From Candidatus Saccharimonadota bacterium (GTDB lineage: Bacteria; Patescibacteriota; Patescibacteriia; 2-12-FULL-60-25), in the NCBI GenBank assembly GCA_022843095.1, contig JALHOH010000002.1, forward strand, positions 240,001 to 272,000: a DNA stretch of 32,000 nucleotides, given 5' to 3'. A model generated the notes under the pieces. The model made no database searches, was not told the origin of the DNA, and was given only the letters and a program-made list of their open reading frames with translations. Position 1 is the first letter of the stretch, and each line of letters begins with the position of its first letter. Below are positions 1 to 8,801 of the stretch, one piece after another. Position numbers and translations under genes: made by a program.

Positions 1-1495
1 TCTTCGCGAGCTTTCCTCCAAGCGAACGCCGCTCCAAAAACGACGTCCACGCTTCCGGGGTCGTGGTTGCAAGGACCTGCACAGAACCACGATCAAGTTC
101 GGTCGCCAAGGTCTCCGCCAAATCCATCGGACCCATTCCGTGACCCCCCGTGAGCGCTTCAATCCCTTCCAACACCAGCACAATATTTCCGCTGATCCCC
201 ACTTCACGCAGCATGGTCAACAGGCGCTCTGGCGCCTCGGCCGGATCACCGGAAGCCAATAATTCAGGCAACTTAATGGAGACAAGTCGCTTATCAAACA
301 GGATTTTTGGCACCGTCTCTTCGACCATGGCGCGCGCCAATTGCTCGACCAGCGCCGTTTTTCCCACCCCGGATTCTCCCACCAACACGATCCCGCTTTT
401 CCCGCTCTCAAACGCACGAAACAGCTCTTCTCGCTCGCGATGTCTTCCCACCATTGGACCAATGTATCCTCGACGGGCCGCATGCGTCAGATCTTCGCTA
501 AATCGATCCAATAGAGGCGTTTGGCGTGCGGTCATGGTCCGGTTCATCGCGGTATCTGGCTTCAACCGCGCAAGCAACGCGAACCGATCATGTTCTTCAC
601 GCAATTGCTCTTGGATACGCAACCATTCCGCAACGTGCTGGACATGTGCCGGCGGAAAACCCGCTGCATCAAGCGCATCCTGAACGCCTTGATCGGCGGC
701 ATAGGCGGCCAAAAAGATTTCCACGGCGCTTACATGCTTCCGACCCACGGTCCGCGCATCCAAATAGGCACGCAACAACACCTCTTTCGCTTCACGAGAC
801 AATCGCGTGGGCGTCCCCACCTGTCCCTCGCGCAATAGGGCCACCAACCGATCTTTCACCGCTTCAAACGGCATGGCGAGACGCGTCAAAAAAATCCCAC
901 CCGTCGGCGAGGTCAACGCCGCCACAAACAAATGAGCGGGCACAAGCTCGGTGCGTCCCACTTTTTTGGCAAAGCCATATGCGTCTTCGATCACCTGCCA
1001 GGCGGATGAAAGAAAATACGGCGAAACGTCATGCGCATGTGCCGGTGCTTCGTTCGGGACCTCAGATACACCGGATCGCATCCCCCAATGTGGAAGCGTT
1101 TTCACCTCTTCACGAAACACACGAAGGCGAAACACGAGGAACGATCCAAGAAACACCGCCGCCCAAAATGCCTGCACAAACCAATATCCCGACGTCCAAA
1201 AGGTGGCGGAAAGCAAGGCATCGGCATCGTCCAAACGCACCAAGCCATACACAAACAACGAAAACAGGACCACAACGACGCCTCCAAGCCCCGCATGCAA
1301 CAGCACATGAATGCGGTGTTTTGTCTTCCGGAACGCCAGAGAAAAATCATCAATCGGCGCAAGCCAGACCAGCTGCCCGTCCTGAGACGGAAGCGAAAGG
1401 CCCGCCCCCTGACATTCGCGACATCCAACAGAGGCGCGCGGATCACCGCCGCAACGCGGACACATAACCGGAGAAACGTGGGCGTCAGGAGCCAT
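1..1495 (-). CDS. Clp/Hsp100-family AAA+ ATPase, N-terminal ~498 codons only (3' end runs off the left edge). It has an N-terminal CxxC..CxxC zinc ribbon, two predicted TM helices, Clp_N-like repeats and then a Walker-A AAA module.
   Basis: Absent from the ORF track because no stop lies inside the window. My reverse-strand translation from ATG 1495..1493 stays open to base 1. It reads MAPDAHVSPVMCPRCGGDPRASVGCRECQGAG..., ..RKTKHRIHVLLHAGLGGVVVVLF.., ..GIVLVGESGVGKTALVEQLARAMVEETVPK.., ..VLATTTPEAWTSFLERRSLGGKLAK. The GESGVGKT Walker A and its context match ClpA/B/C D1 modules. The long + strand ORFs here (150..683, 526..1467, 1031..1669) are R/P/H-rich shadow frames. Confidence 0.75.
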   Translation of the reverse strand, partial: MAPDAHVSPVMCPRCGGDPRASVGCRECQGAGLSLPSQDGQLVWLAPIDDFSLAFRKTKHRIHVLLHAGLGGVVVVLFSLFVYGLVRLDDADALLSATFWTSGYWFVQAFWAAVFLGSFLVFRLRVFREEVKTLPHWGMRSGVSEVPNEAPAHAHDVSPYFLSSAWQVIEDAYGFAKKVGRTELVPAHLFVAALTSPTGGIFLTRLAMPFEAVKDRLVALLREGQVGTPTRLSREAKEVLLRAYLDARTVGRKHVSAVEIFLAAYAADQGVQDALDAAGFPPAHVQHVAEWLRIQEQLREEHDRFALLARLKPDTAMNRTMTARQTPLLDRFSEDLTHAARRGYIGPMVGRHREREELFRAFESGKSGIVLVGESGVGKTALVEQLARAMVEETVPKILFDKRLVSIKLPELLASGDPAEAPERLLTMLREVGISGNIVLVLEGIEALTGGHGMGPMDLAETLATELDRGSVQVLATTTPEAWTSFLERRSLGGKLAK

Positions 1496-1925
1496 ACGAA
1501 GAAAAAACGGAAGTCAATGGATTCCATCCAATACCATCGGAGATGTTTACCACGAGCAAAAACAACGCAATCGGCGGCCAACCCATCCACAAAAGGACGA
1601 TCAGCGCGTAGACAAGCGCCTCAATCCCGAGTGCGATCGCGCGGAAGAAGATCACCACAAACCGCATGAGAACACTGATCAGACGACCGGACCATTCGTG
1701 TTCTCCGTACATCGGCACAAAGAAATGACGCAACCAAAGTGGGATTGCATAGGCACGTGCGCGATACCTGAGTCCTTGCCACCCCCAACGCGCGACCGCA
1801 ACCACGCCATCCGAATACCACCACACCGGAAAACGGACCACGCTCCCCGCAAGATCAACCACGGCAAACGAAAGAAGCGAACGCAGGGCCTGGGCCATAT
1901 GGGTGCAGTATACCAAATGACGCAT
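1485..1925 (-). CDS. Hypothetical integral membrane protein
   Basis: 146-aa ORF with hydrophobic segments (VVIFFRAIALGIEALVYALIVLLWMGWPPIALFLLVV). Same strand as its neighbours, and its stop overlaps the Clp-like start by ~11 nt. No family recognised; start uncertain. Confidence 0.45.
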   Translation of the reverse strand: MRHLVYCTHMAQALRSLLSFAVVDLAGSVVRFPVWWYSDGVVAVARWGWQGLRYRARAYAIPLWLRHFFVPMYGEHEWSGRLISVLMRFVVIFFRAIALGIEALVYALIVLLWMGWPPIALFLLVVNISDGIGWNPLTSVFSSYGS

Positions 1926-2023
1926 AAAAAAACTTCCCCGAACACGCCAATGTCGGAGAAGTCATCCACACGCGACAGAACCCGCGCGGCAACAGCGTTC
2001 CCGCGCCCGCTCTATCCGTCGTC

Positions 2024-2389
2024 TTATCGACGCGTAATGTGTCCTGTTGGAGGCTGAATAAACTCGACCTCTCCCACCGGGACAAACCCCTTCCCTTCGA
2101 TACGCGCTTCCAACGCCTTCAACGTTTGCAGTTCTGCGACGCGGGATTCAAGCGCGGAAACCGCCTCTTCTAACCGATCCGCCTGTTTTTCAAGCGATCG
2201 CAAGGCATACGCCTTAGAAGCGGACATGTTGACCTGAAAGATATACACCCCTGCGGACAATCCGATCCCAATGGCAAAAAAGGCGAGCCAAAACAGCTTT
2301 CCGTGTTCGCCGAGTCGTCGTCCGACCGGCATCGGTAGCCCCAACGTCTCATGAGGCCGTTTCATGGCGATGGTGTAGTTCCTTGCCAT
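2024..2389 (-). CDS. FtsL-like bitopic protein (single TM plus coiled coil) in the third position of the dcw cluster
   Basis: ORF 2024..2440 trimmed to ATG 2389 (MARNYTIAMKRP..) so that it starts after the rsmH stop. It has a TM helix (LFWLAFFAIGIGLSAGVYIF) followed by a heptad-like segment (LRSLEKQADRLEEAVSALESRVAELQTLKALE). The call rests on position after mraZ-rsmH and on topology only. Confidence 0.5.
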   Translation of the reverse strand: MARNYTIAMKRPHETLGLPMPVGRRLGEHGKLFWLAFFAIGIGLSAGVYIFQVNMSASKAYALRSLEKQADRLEEAVSALESRVAELQTLKALEARIEGKGFVPVGEVEFIQPPTGHITRR

Positions 2390-2399
2390 ACTGCATCGA

Positions 2400-3290
2400 C
2401 TATTGCTTAATCGCCCCACGTAACTTTGCACTTCTTGCACGTGGATTCCGCAAGAGTTCCGCTTCGCTCGCGACCACCGGTTTTTTGGTGACCGCCTTCC
2501 ATCCCGCCTGTTTAAACGCCTGCTTCACGATCCGATCTTCCAATGAATGGAATGAGATGATCGCAAGCCGACCACCTGGTTTTAGCACCGCGCGTGCCGC
2601 CTGGATCGCATCTTCGAGCGCCCCAAGCTCATCGTTCACAGCGATACGCAGCGCCTGAAAGGTGCGCGTCGCCGGATGGATGCGTCCACGTTCATACCCC
2701 TTGCCCACTGCCCCTGCAATCAACTCGGCAAGCTGCGTGGTCGTGACAATTTTTTCCTTGCGACGAGCCTCGATCAACCGGCGCACAATCCGATACGCCA
2801 TTCGCTCTTCTCCGTAGTCGCGCAAGATCCGCAACAACTCCGCTTCAGGCCACGTTTGCACAATCTCCGCCGCCGTGAGCCCGTCTTCATTCGCCCGTAT
2901 GCCGAGACGCATATCCAATGGCCCCTCGATACGAAACGAAATCCCACGAAGTGGATCCTCTAATTCATCCGACGAAAGACCGAGATCCAGCAATACGCCG
3001 TCGAGCGGCGTGATCTCAGCCTCTCGCGCGATGCGATCGAGAAACCGAAAGTTCGATTCTACCCCCTGCCACCGTTTCCCGTACACTTGAAGATTCTGAC
3101 CAGCGCGCGCAAGGGCGACCGGATCAACATCTAAGGAAAGCACGCGTCCGTCCGGAGACGAACGCCGTAATAATTCCGCCGTATGCGTCGCACCGCCCAG
3201 CGTACCGTCCAGATAGCGTCCACCCGCCCGAACATCGAGGACAAGCATGGTCTCCTCGAGGAGGACGGCTTCGTGCACGCTTCCGTTCAT
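2400..3290 (-). CDS. rsmH: 16S rRNA (cytosine1402-N4)-methyltransferase RsmH/MraW
   Basis: 296 aa with H-x-P/AVLL, YLDGTLGGATHT (SAM pocket), LLDLGLSS, RGISFRIEGPLDMRLG and ISFHSLEDRIVK. Its ATG overlaps the mraZ stop (GTATGA). Confidence 0.95.
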   Translation of the reverse strand: MNGSVHEAVLLEETMLVLDVRAGGRYLDGTLGGATHTAELLRRSSPDGRVLSLDVDPVALARAGQNLQVYGKRWQGVESNFRFLDRIAREAEITPLDGVLLDLGLSSDELEDPLRGISFRIEGPLDMRLGIRANEDGLTAAEIVQTWPEAELLRILRDYGEERMAYRIVRRLIEARRKEKIVTTTQLAELIAGAVGKGYERGRIHPATRTFQALRIAVNDELGALEDAIQAARAVLKPGGRLAIISFHSLEDRIVKQAFKQAGWKAVTKKPVVASEAELLRNPRARSAKLRGAIKQ

Positions 3291-3718
3291 ACGCCTAAAC
3301 CAGCAAGACGCTCAGCGATTTCATTCCCACGCGATTCCAGCGAACGCGTATGCGCATCCCAGAGCGTCGCATCCCACAATTCGATGCGATCGTATAATCC
3401 TGCAAAGACCACGGATTTTTGGATGGATGCATACTGGCGCAGGTACTCCGGAAGGAGCAAGCGACCTGAGGCATCCAGCGCAACATCCATCGCCCCCGCA
3501 AACATGAGACGCGTAAACGCGCGGCTTTCTTCTTGTCCTAATGGCAATGCGGCAAGTTTTTGTGCCAACAATTGCCACGAGGAAACGGGGTACAGAAACA
3601 GGGAACGATCGAGTCCACGCGTCACAATTGCCCCATCGGACAGGGACGCACGAAACTTGACCGGAACGGAGATCCGGCCTTTTTCGTCCATCGTATGGCG
3701 ATATTCGCCAATGAACAT
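3287..3718 (-). CDS. mraZ: Transcriptional regulator MraZ
   Basis: MFIGEYRHTMDEKGRISVPVKFR... plus a second SpoVT/AbrB-like half (..DASGRLLLPEYLRQYA..). The track ORF extends to 3796. I trimmed it to ATG 3718 because the canonical MraZ N-terminus starts there and the upstream extension covers operator-like repeats. Confidence 0.9.
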   Translation of the reverse strand: MFIGEYRHTMDEKGRISVPVKFRASLSDGAIVTRGLDRSLFLYPVSSWQLLAQKLAALPLGQEESRAFTRLMFAGAMDVALDASGRLLLPEYLRQYASIQKSVVFAGLYDRIELWDATLWDAHTRSLESRGNEIAERLAGLGV

Positions 3719-3754
3719 AGGCGTTTCACTCCGGTGGGTGATGCGGGCCGGAAA

Positions 3755-3807
3755 ATCCCACTCCATCCCACTATCCCCCATCCTATGACATTTCAAGGGA
3801 AAATCAA
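3755..3807 (-). promoter_or_regulatory. Candidate mra promoter (TTGATT-16 nt-TAGGAT on the minus strand) followed by three GTGGGAT-type direct repeats (MraZ-operator-like)
   Basis: Plus strand carries ATCCCAC at 3755-3761 and 3765-3771 and ATCCCCCA at 3773-3780. These read as GTGGGAT, GTGGGAT and TGGGGGAT on the coding strand at ~10-bp phase. The -35-like AATCAA is at 3802-3807 and the -10-like ATCCTA at 3780-3785, both reverse complement. Confidence 0.4.
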
Positions 3808-3820
3808 AATTTCGTTGTGG

Positions 3821-3850
3821 ATAATAAAAAGCCCTCGACCAACCGAGGGC
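3821..3850 (-). terminator. Rho-independent terminator after the 113-aa gene, upstream of the mraZ promoter
   Basis: GCCCTCG (3831-3837) / CGAGGGC (3844-3850) form a 7-bp perfect stem with a 6-nt loop. On the minus strand this is followed by TTTTTATTAT. Confidence 0.6.
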
Positions 3851-3868
3851 TCTCTCTACGTTCTTTAT

Positions 3869-4210
3869 TTACCGCGTGGAGGTGGTAGATGTCCCCATCA
3901 TTGGCATGCCCGTCGTATTCAAATCATGAATTGCGCGAGATTGTTCCGCAGATTGCTTTCTGACTTGATACAATTCATCTTCCAGCGACCGAATCTGAAG
4001 CGTGAGATCAGTCACACGCTGAAAACAGGCGGTGATCTGCGCACTTCCAACCAAAATGGATGACGTGGCGAGCACAAATAACACCGCGAATGCGACAAAG
4101 TGCCACGGCTGCCATTGCGTCGGTCGTAGCCAAGACGACGTCTGAACGGGACGTGAAACGGGTCGCTCTTTAACGGCAGACGGTCGGGCGGGGCGTTTTG
4201 GGGTGGGCAT
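3869..4210 (-). CDS. Bitopic TM plus coiled-coil protein (FtsB/DivIC-like topology)
   Basis: 113 aa: basic N-terminus, TM (WHFVAFAVLFVLATSSILVG), then LTLQIRSLEDELYQVRKQSAEQSRAIHDL. Ends at the terminator at 3821-3850. Topology-based call only. Confidence 0.45.
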   Translation of the reverse strand: MPTPKRPARPSAVKERPVSRPVQTSSWLRPTQWQPWHFVAFAVLFVLATSSILVGSAQITACFQRVTDLTLQIRSLEDELYQVRKQSAEQSRAIHDLNTTGMPMMGTSTTSTR

Positions 4211-4221
4211 AAAAGCACTGA

Positions 4222-4497
4222 CTAAAGCGGTTTACGAGTAGCCTGACGACACTCCGACAATTGCGCATGCAACCGGCCGTTCTCTGCATCCAATGCCTCG
4301 ATCGTGCGCGTAAGTGTCGCGCGCGAAAGATGCAAATAGCCATACGTGAATGACGCAAGTAAGGACGCGGAGATGAGTCCAAACATGACGCCAATCAGTA
4401 TGGCAAAAAAGAACCCGCGAGGACCGAGATCATCTTGTTCATGAGTGCGCATACGGATTGCGAACACTATACCACACCTTTCCGGAAGCACGCACAA
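4222..4497 (-). CDS. Bitopic TM plus coiled-coil protein, second of a tandem pair
   Basis: 91-aa ORF with TM (FFFAILIGVMFGLISASLLASF) then LTRTIEALDAENGRLHAQLSE. An alternative start is ATG 4452 (MRTHEQDD..). It lies 6 nt downstream of the uvrC stop and 11 nt upstream of the next gene. Confidence 0.4.
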   Translation of the reverse strand: MCVLPERCGIVFAIRMRTHEQDDLGPRGFFFAILIGVMFGLISASLLASFTYGYLHLSRATLTRTIEALDAENGRLHAQLSECRQATRKPL

Positions 4498-4503
4498 TCC
4501 CCT

Positions 4504-5778
4504 TCACGACGCACGTCCAAGCAAGCGCTTGCTACGCAACGTTCGGTGATACGCAATCGCAAACCGATGTGCTTCATCACGCACCGACGCCAAGAGCTCG
4601 ACGTATTCTTCACACAACCGACAGAGCTCTAAATGACGCTTGCTGCACACCAATTCATTCTTCTTTCGTTCCGGACCTTTTGCGATACCGATCACCGGAA
4701 TCGCTAGATCCAGCGCATGCAACACCTCTTCTGCGGCGTGCACCTGCGGCAATCCTCCGTCGATGAGCAACACATCCGGCTTCCGCCACTCTGGATGCTG
4801 AAAACGACGCATCAGCGTCTCGCGCATGCTTGCGACGTCGTTTGCGCCAACCACCGTTTTGATGCGGAATTTACGATACTCCTGCTTTGCCGGCGCTCCA
4901 TTTTCGAACACCACCATGCTTGCGACTTGGGACGTCCCGGACACGTGAGAAATGTCATAGCCCTCGATCCGCCCAAAAATATTCACAGCCGTTTCACCGA
5001 GCTTCATCTTATCCACATCCGGATCTTCACGTTTCAAGATGGCGATATCCTGAATGTGCTCCAAAAATCGAATCTTATTCCGAAACTCCGCCGCAGCTTC
5101 ATACCGCTTCTCTGCCGCGGCGGCTTTCATCTCTCGTTGATACTGCTTTAACAACGCATCTTTTTTTCCTTCAAAAAATTTGATCAGGTCGCGGATGGTT
5201 TTCTGGTACGTCTTCTTTTCCGCCGTATTGATGCACACGCCCGGACATTGTTTGAGATGCACATAAAAACAAGGACGCTTTTGCCCCGGAACACAGGTGG
5301 ACCACGGGAATGCGCGGCGCACCAAATCCAACGCCGCGCGCAATGCGCGAGGGGATGTGTACGGACCAAATACAGCCTTGAACGCTTTTGGCGATTGCTC
5401 ATCCAACTCCTGACCTCGAATCAAAAGCGGACGCGGAAAATCCTCTTTCGTGATCACCAAATACAAGAAACTTTTATTATCCTTTGCCAGGATGTTGTAC
5501 TTGGGCCAGTAGTATTTGATGAGGTTCGCCTCCAAAATCAATGCCTCCAGCGCCGTGGGCTTTTCGATGTAATCGATCGCCACCACGTGCCGCGTCATCT
5601 CTTCGATATTCCCTCCATGCGGACGCTCAAAATGCTGCCGTACGCGCCGCCGCAAATTCGCCGCCTTCCCCACATAAATCACCGTCCCGGACGCATCTTT
5701 CATCAAATACACCCCGGGACTTTCCGGCAGCGTTTGATTCTTGATGGAGATGGTTGAAGGGATCATACAAGACAACAC
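4504..5778 (-). CDS. uvrC: Excinuclease ABC subunit C, short form (no C-terminal HhH domain)
   Basis: GIY-YIG (PGVYLMKD..VIYVGKAANLRRRV), Cys-rich segment, UVR motif (EKRYEAAAEFRNKIRFLEHI) and RNase-H-like nuclease domain (RIEGYDISHVSGT..). It ends at ..RDEAHRFAIAYHRTLRSKR after 424 aa. Confidence 0.9.
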   Translation of the reverse strand: MLSCMIPSTISIKNQTLPESPGVYLMKDASGTVIYVGKAANLRRRVRQHFERPHGGNIEEMTRHVVAIDYIEKPTALEALILEANLIKYYWPKYNILAKDNKSFLYLVITKEDFPRPLLIRGQELDEQSPKAFKAVFGPYTSPRALRAALDLVRRAFPWSTCVPGQKRPCFYVHLKQCPGVCINTAEKKTYQKTIRDLIKFFEGKKDALLKQYQREMKAAAAEKRYEAAAEFRNKIRFLEHIQDIAILKREDPDVDKMKLGETAVNIFGRIEGYDISHVSGTSQVASMVVFENGAPAKQEYRKFRIKTVVGANDVASMRETLMRRFQHPEWRKPDVLLIDGGLPQVHAAEEVLHALDLAIPVIGIAKGPERKKNELVCSKRHLELCRLCEEYVELLASVRDEAHRFAIAYHRTLRSKRLLGRAS

Positions 5779-5785
5779 TTCTACG

Positions 5786-8353
5786 TTACCGTCGTTTTAA
5801 CACGTCTTTCAGATACTTGCCCGTAAAACTCTTTGCGTTTTTTGCCACGTCTTCCGGCGTTCCTTGTGCCACGATTTGACCACCCTTGTCCCCTCCTTCT
5901 GGACCAAGATCGATCACCCAATCGGCGTTTTTGATGACATCCAAATTGTGCTCGATGACGCACACCGTGTTGCCGCGCGCGACCAAGCGATGGAGTACTT
6001 CCAACAACTTGCGGATATCTTCGAAATGCAAACCGGTCGTCGGTTCATCTAACAGATAAAACGTGCGTCCCGTGTCACGACGCGCAAGTTCGGTTGCGAG
6101 CTTGATGCGCTGCGCCTCTCCTCCTGACAACGTCGTCGCCGCCTGCCCAAGCGTCAGATACCCAAGACCAACCTCCAGCAGAATACGCGTTTTGTCATAA
6201 ATCGGTGGGATGTCATGGAAAAATCCGTTCGCTTCTTCCACGGTCATCGAAAGCACTTCCGCGATATTCTTTTCGCGATATTTTACCTCCAGTGTTTCGC
6301 GGTTAAATCGCTTTCCTTTACACACGTCACAAGGGACGTACACCGTGGGCAAAAAGTGCATTTCGATCGCGATCTGCCCATTCCCTTCGCAATGCTCACA
6401 ACGGCCGCCCGGAACGTTAAAACTAAACCGCCCGATTTTGTACCCGCGCACACGCGCCTCCGCGGTCAGCGAAAACAGATCACGCACGTGATTCCAAATC
6501 CCCGTGTATGTTGCTGGATTGGATCGCGGGGTGCGACCAATCGGAGATTGATCCACATCAACCACCTTATCCAGCCAATCTACCCCCTCGAGCGTCTGGT
6601 GCGCCCCGGGTTTGACCGTGGACAGATTCATCCGCCGGGCAAGCTCCCGGTACAACACGTCAATCATGAGCGTGGATTTCCCGGAACCAGACACCCCCGT
6701 GATTGCCACGAACCGCTTGAGCGGGATCTTGACCGTGATGTTTTTTAGATTGTTTTCCGTCGCCTTCACGATCGTCAGATGCTCTTTGCTGTCCCCACGA
6801 CGTTTCGCCGGATACGCGATCCATTTGTCCCCGCGCAAATACGCGCAGGTCAACGAATCCTCGTTTTGCAGCACCGTAGGCATGGGACCGGCCGCCACCA
6901 CCTCTCCTCCGTGCACCCCAGCACCCGGACCAATATCCACCAGGTAATCGCTCGCATGGATGGTATCTTCATCGTGTTCGACCACGATAATCGTGTTCCC
7001 AAGGTCGCGCAGTTTCTTGAGTGTATCGATTAATTTTGCGTTATCGCGTTGATGCAGCCCAATCGTCGGTTCATCCAGCACATACAGCGCGCCAACCAAC
7101 CGCGATCCAATCTGCGAGGCAAGGCGAATGCGCTGTGCCTCTCCTCCGGAAAGCGTCCCTGCCGTTCGGTTGAGAGTGAGATATTCAAGGCCAACGTCTA
7201 ACAAAAACGTGAGACGCCCCAAGATCTCCTTCATGATCGGCTCGGCGATGCGCATGTCCTGTTCATCCAACGAAACGCCGACAAAAAAATCCGCCGCCTC
7301 GCTGATAGGCATCGACGTTGCCTCAACGATGCTTTTTCCATTGATCCACACAAACAGTGCCTCGGTGCGAAGCCGCGCGCCGTGACACGCATCGCAAATT
7401 TCCTCGCTAAACAGCTCTTTTGTGCCAAGTCCGTTGCAGGTGGTACAGGCACCGTAAGGAGAATTGAACGAGAACAGACGCGGCTCGATTTCCGGAAACG
7501 CAAATCCATCATCCGGACACGAAAATCGAGCGCTCATTAACTGCTCGCTTCCGTCATCTAAAATTAACAACACCGTGTCTTCCGCACGATCCAGCGCGAT
7601 TTCAATGGCTTCTGCCAATCGCGATCGCAGCTGCTTATTCCCCTCGATCGGCCACCCTAGCGGCACACGATCAATCACGACCTCAATCGTGTGGCGCGTG
7701 TTCCGTTCCATGGGCACCGGTTCGCGCAAACTATACCACTTCCCGTCCACCCGCACATCCAAAAACCCAGCTTCGTACAAATCTTGCAGCATCTGGTGAT
7801 ACTCCCCTTTGCGCCCTCGCACAACTGGAGCCAGTACCGCGATTTCGTTGGTAAACGTCTTCGCCCCTTTCTTTTTTCCCTTGCCAGACGGTTGTTCTGG
7901 AACCTCCTGGTGCGCGTCCGCCGTGAGCTTCATCGCCCGATCCACCATCTCGTCGATGGTCATCTTGCGGATAGGATTGCGGCACACCGGACAGTGCGGT
8001 TTGCCGATACGCGCATACAACACACGGAGATAATCGTAGATTTCCGTGATGGTCGCGACCGTAGAACGTGGGTTTGCGGAATGCGCTTTTTGATCGATCG
8101 AGATCGCCGGCGACAACCCCTCGATCTCATCCACATCCGGCTTGTCCATTTGCCCTAAAAATTGACGCGCATAGGCCGAAAGCGATTCCACGTAGCGTCG
8201 TTGTCCTTCCGCAAAAATCGTATCAAACGCCAAACTGGACTTTCCCGAACCGGAAAGTCCTGTCAGCACCACCATTTTGTTCCGCGGTAATTCCAGGGAG
8301 ATGTTTTTCAAATTATGCTCCCGCGCGCCGCGAATGACGATCTTGTCTTGCAT
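5786..8353 (-). CDS. uvrA: Excinuclease ABC subunit A
   Basis: [11 protein letters not shown], two Walker A motifs ([18 protein letters not shown]), two LSGGEAQR signatures and zinc modules. The track ORF starts at 8410. I trimmed it to ATG 8353 ([17 protein letters not shown]), the canonical N-terminus. Confidence 0.95.
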   Translation of the reverse strand: MQDKIVIRGAREHNLKNISLELPRNKMVVLTGLSGSGKSSLAFDTIFAEGQRRYVESLSAYARQFLGQMDKPDVDEIEGLSPAISIDQKAHSANPRSTVATITEIYDYLRVLYARIGKPHCPVCRNPIRKMTIDEMVDRAMKLTADAHQEVPEQPSGKGKKKGAKTFTNEIAVLAPVVRGRKGEYHQMLQDLYEAGFLDVRVDGKWYSLREPVPMERNTRHTIEVVIDRVPLGWPIEGNKQLRSRLAEAIEIALDRAEDTVLLILDDGSEQLMSARFSCPDDGFAFPEIEPRLFSFNSPYGACTTCNGLGTKELFSEEICDACHGARLRTEALFVWINGKSIVEATSMPISEAADFFVGVSLDEQDMRIAEPIMKEILGRLTFLLDVGLEYLTLNRTAGTLSGGEAQRIRLASQIGSRLVGALYVLDEPTIGLHQRDNAKLIDTLKKLRDLGNTIIVVEHDEDTIHASDYLVDIGPGAGVHGGEVVAAGPMPTVLQNEDSLTCAYLRGDKWIAYPAKRRGDSKEHLTIVKATENNLKNITVKIPLKRFVAITGVSGSGKSTLMIDVLYRELARRMNLSTVKPGAHQTLEGVDWLDKVVDVDQSPIGRTPRSNPATYTGIWNHVRDLFSLTAEARVRGYKIGRFSFNVPGGRCEHCEGNGQIAIEMHFLPTVYVPCDVCKGKRFNRETLEVKYREKNIAEVLSMTVEEANGFFHDIPPIYDKTRILLEVGLGYLTLGQAATTLSGGEAQRIKLATELARRDTGRTFYLLDEPTTGLHFEDIRKLLEVLHRLVARGNTVCVIEHNLDVIKNADWVIDLGPEGGDKGGQIVAQGTPEDVAKNAKSFTGKYLKDVLKRR

Positions 8354-8406
8354 GCCACCATCATGCCATGACCTGATGCGCTTGACCAGAACAAAAAGAG
8401 AACGCC

Positions 8407-8781
8407 TCACGAGGAGGCGTTCTCAGGCGGCCGTGCGGACCGTGCATCTACGGTCCAGGAATCCGGCGCGTTCAAGGTAAGAATAAACGTCGCGATCGCA
8501 AGGGTCGCATCGCGGACCCCGATCGCGCCTCCCGCTGTGATCGCGATGCCGGCAAGATGCGCCCCCAGAACAAAGGCAACCGCGCGTGTGTAGACGCCCA
8601 GCAATAACGTCGCGGCGGCCACCACCTCAAACCACCCGTTCAATCGCACCAGCATCTCCCCCGGAATGGGCAAATAGCCTGTCGCTTCCGGAAGAAATCC
8701 GACCCACACGGATGGATCCTGCAGCTGCATCACCCCAAACCATCCGTACAACGCGACCAATGCAAGACGCAGCACGACCAA
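8407..8781 (-). CDS. DoxX-family membrane protein
   Basis: [17 protein letters not shown].., [20 protein letters not shown] and [13 protein letters not shown] fit the DoxX pattern. The track start at 8949 would overlap the upstream gene by ~148 nt. I placed the start at TTG 8781 (GTG 8775 is also possible), so the start is uncertain. Confidence 0.55.
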   Translation of the reverse strand: MVVLRLALVALYGWFGVMQLQDPSVWVGFLPEATGYLPIPGEMLVRLNGWFEVVAAATLLLGVYTRAVAFVLGAHLAGIAITAGGAIGVRDATLAIATFILTLNAPDSWTVDARSARPPENASS

Positions 8782-8801
8782 AGAAGCATTGGATATAAAG
8801 A

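Noticed and set aside
150-1669. Long + strand ORFs (150..683, 526..1467, 951..1310, 1031..1669), up to 313 aa
   Set aside because: Their products are R/P/H/T-rich low-complexity strings. The opposite strand encodes a clean Clp-like AAA+ protein with a Walker A motif across the whole interval, so these are shadow ORFs typical of high-GC DNA.
3719-3796. N-terminal extensions in the ORF track (mraZ to 3796, uvrA to 8410, GT to 10606, GIY-YIG to 14430, HTH to 18272, DsbA-like to 28813/29695, lgt to 31520, and others)
   Set aside because: The extensions overlap upstream genes or regulatory repeats and lack family-typical sequence. An internal ATG right after the upstream stop reproduces the canonical N-terminus in each case.
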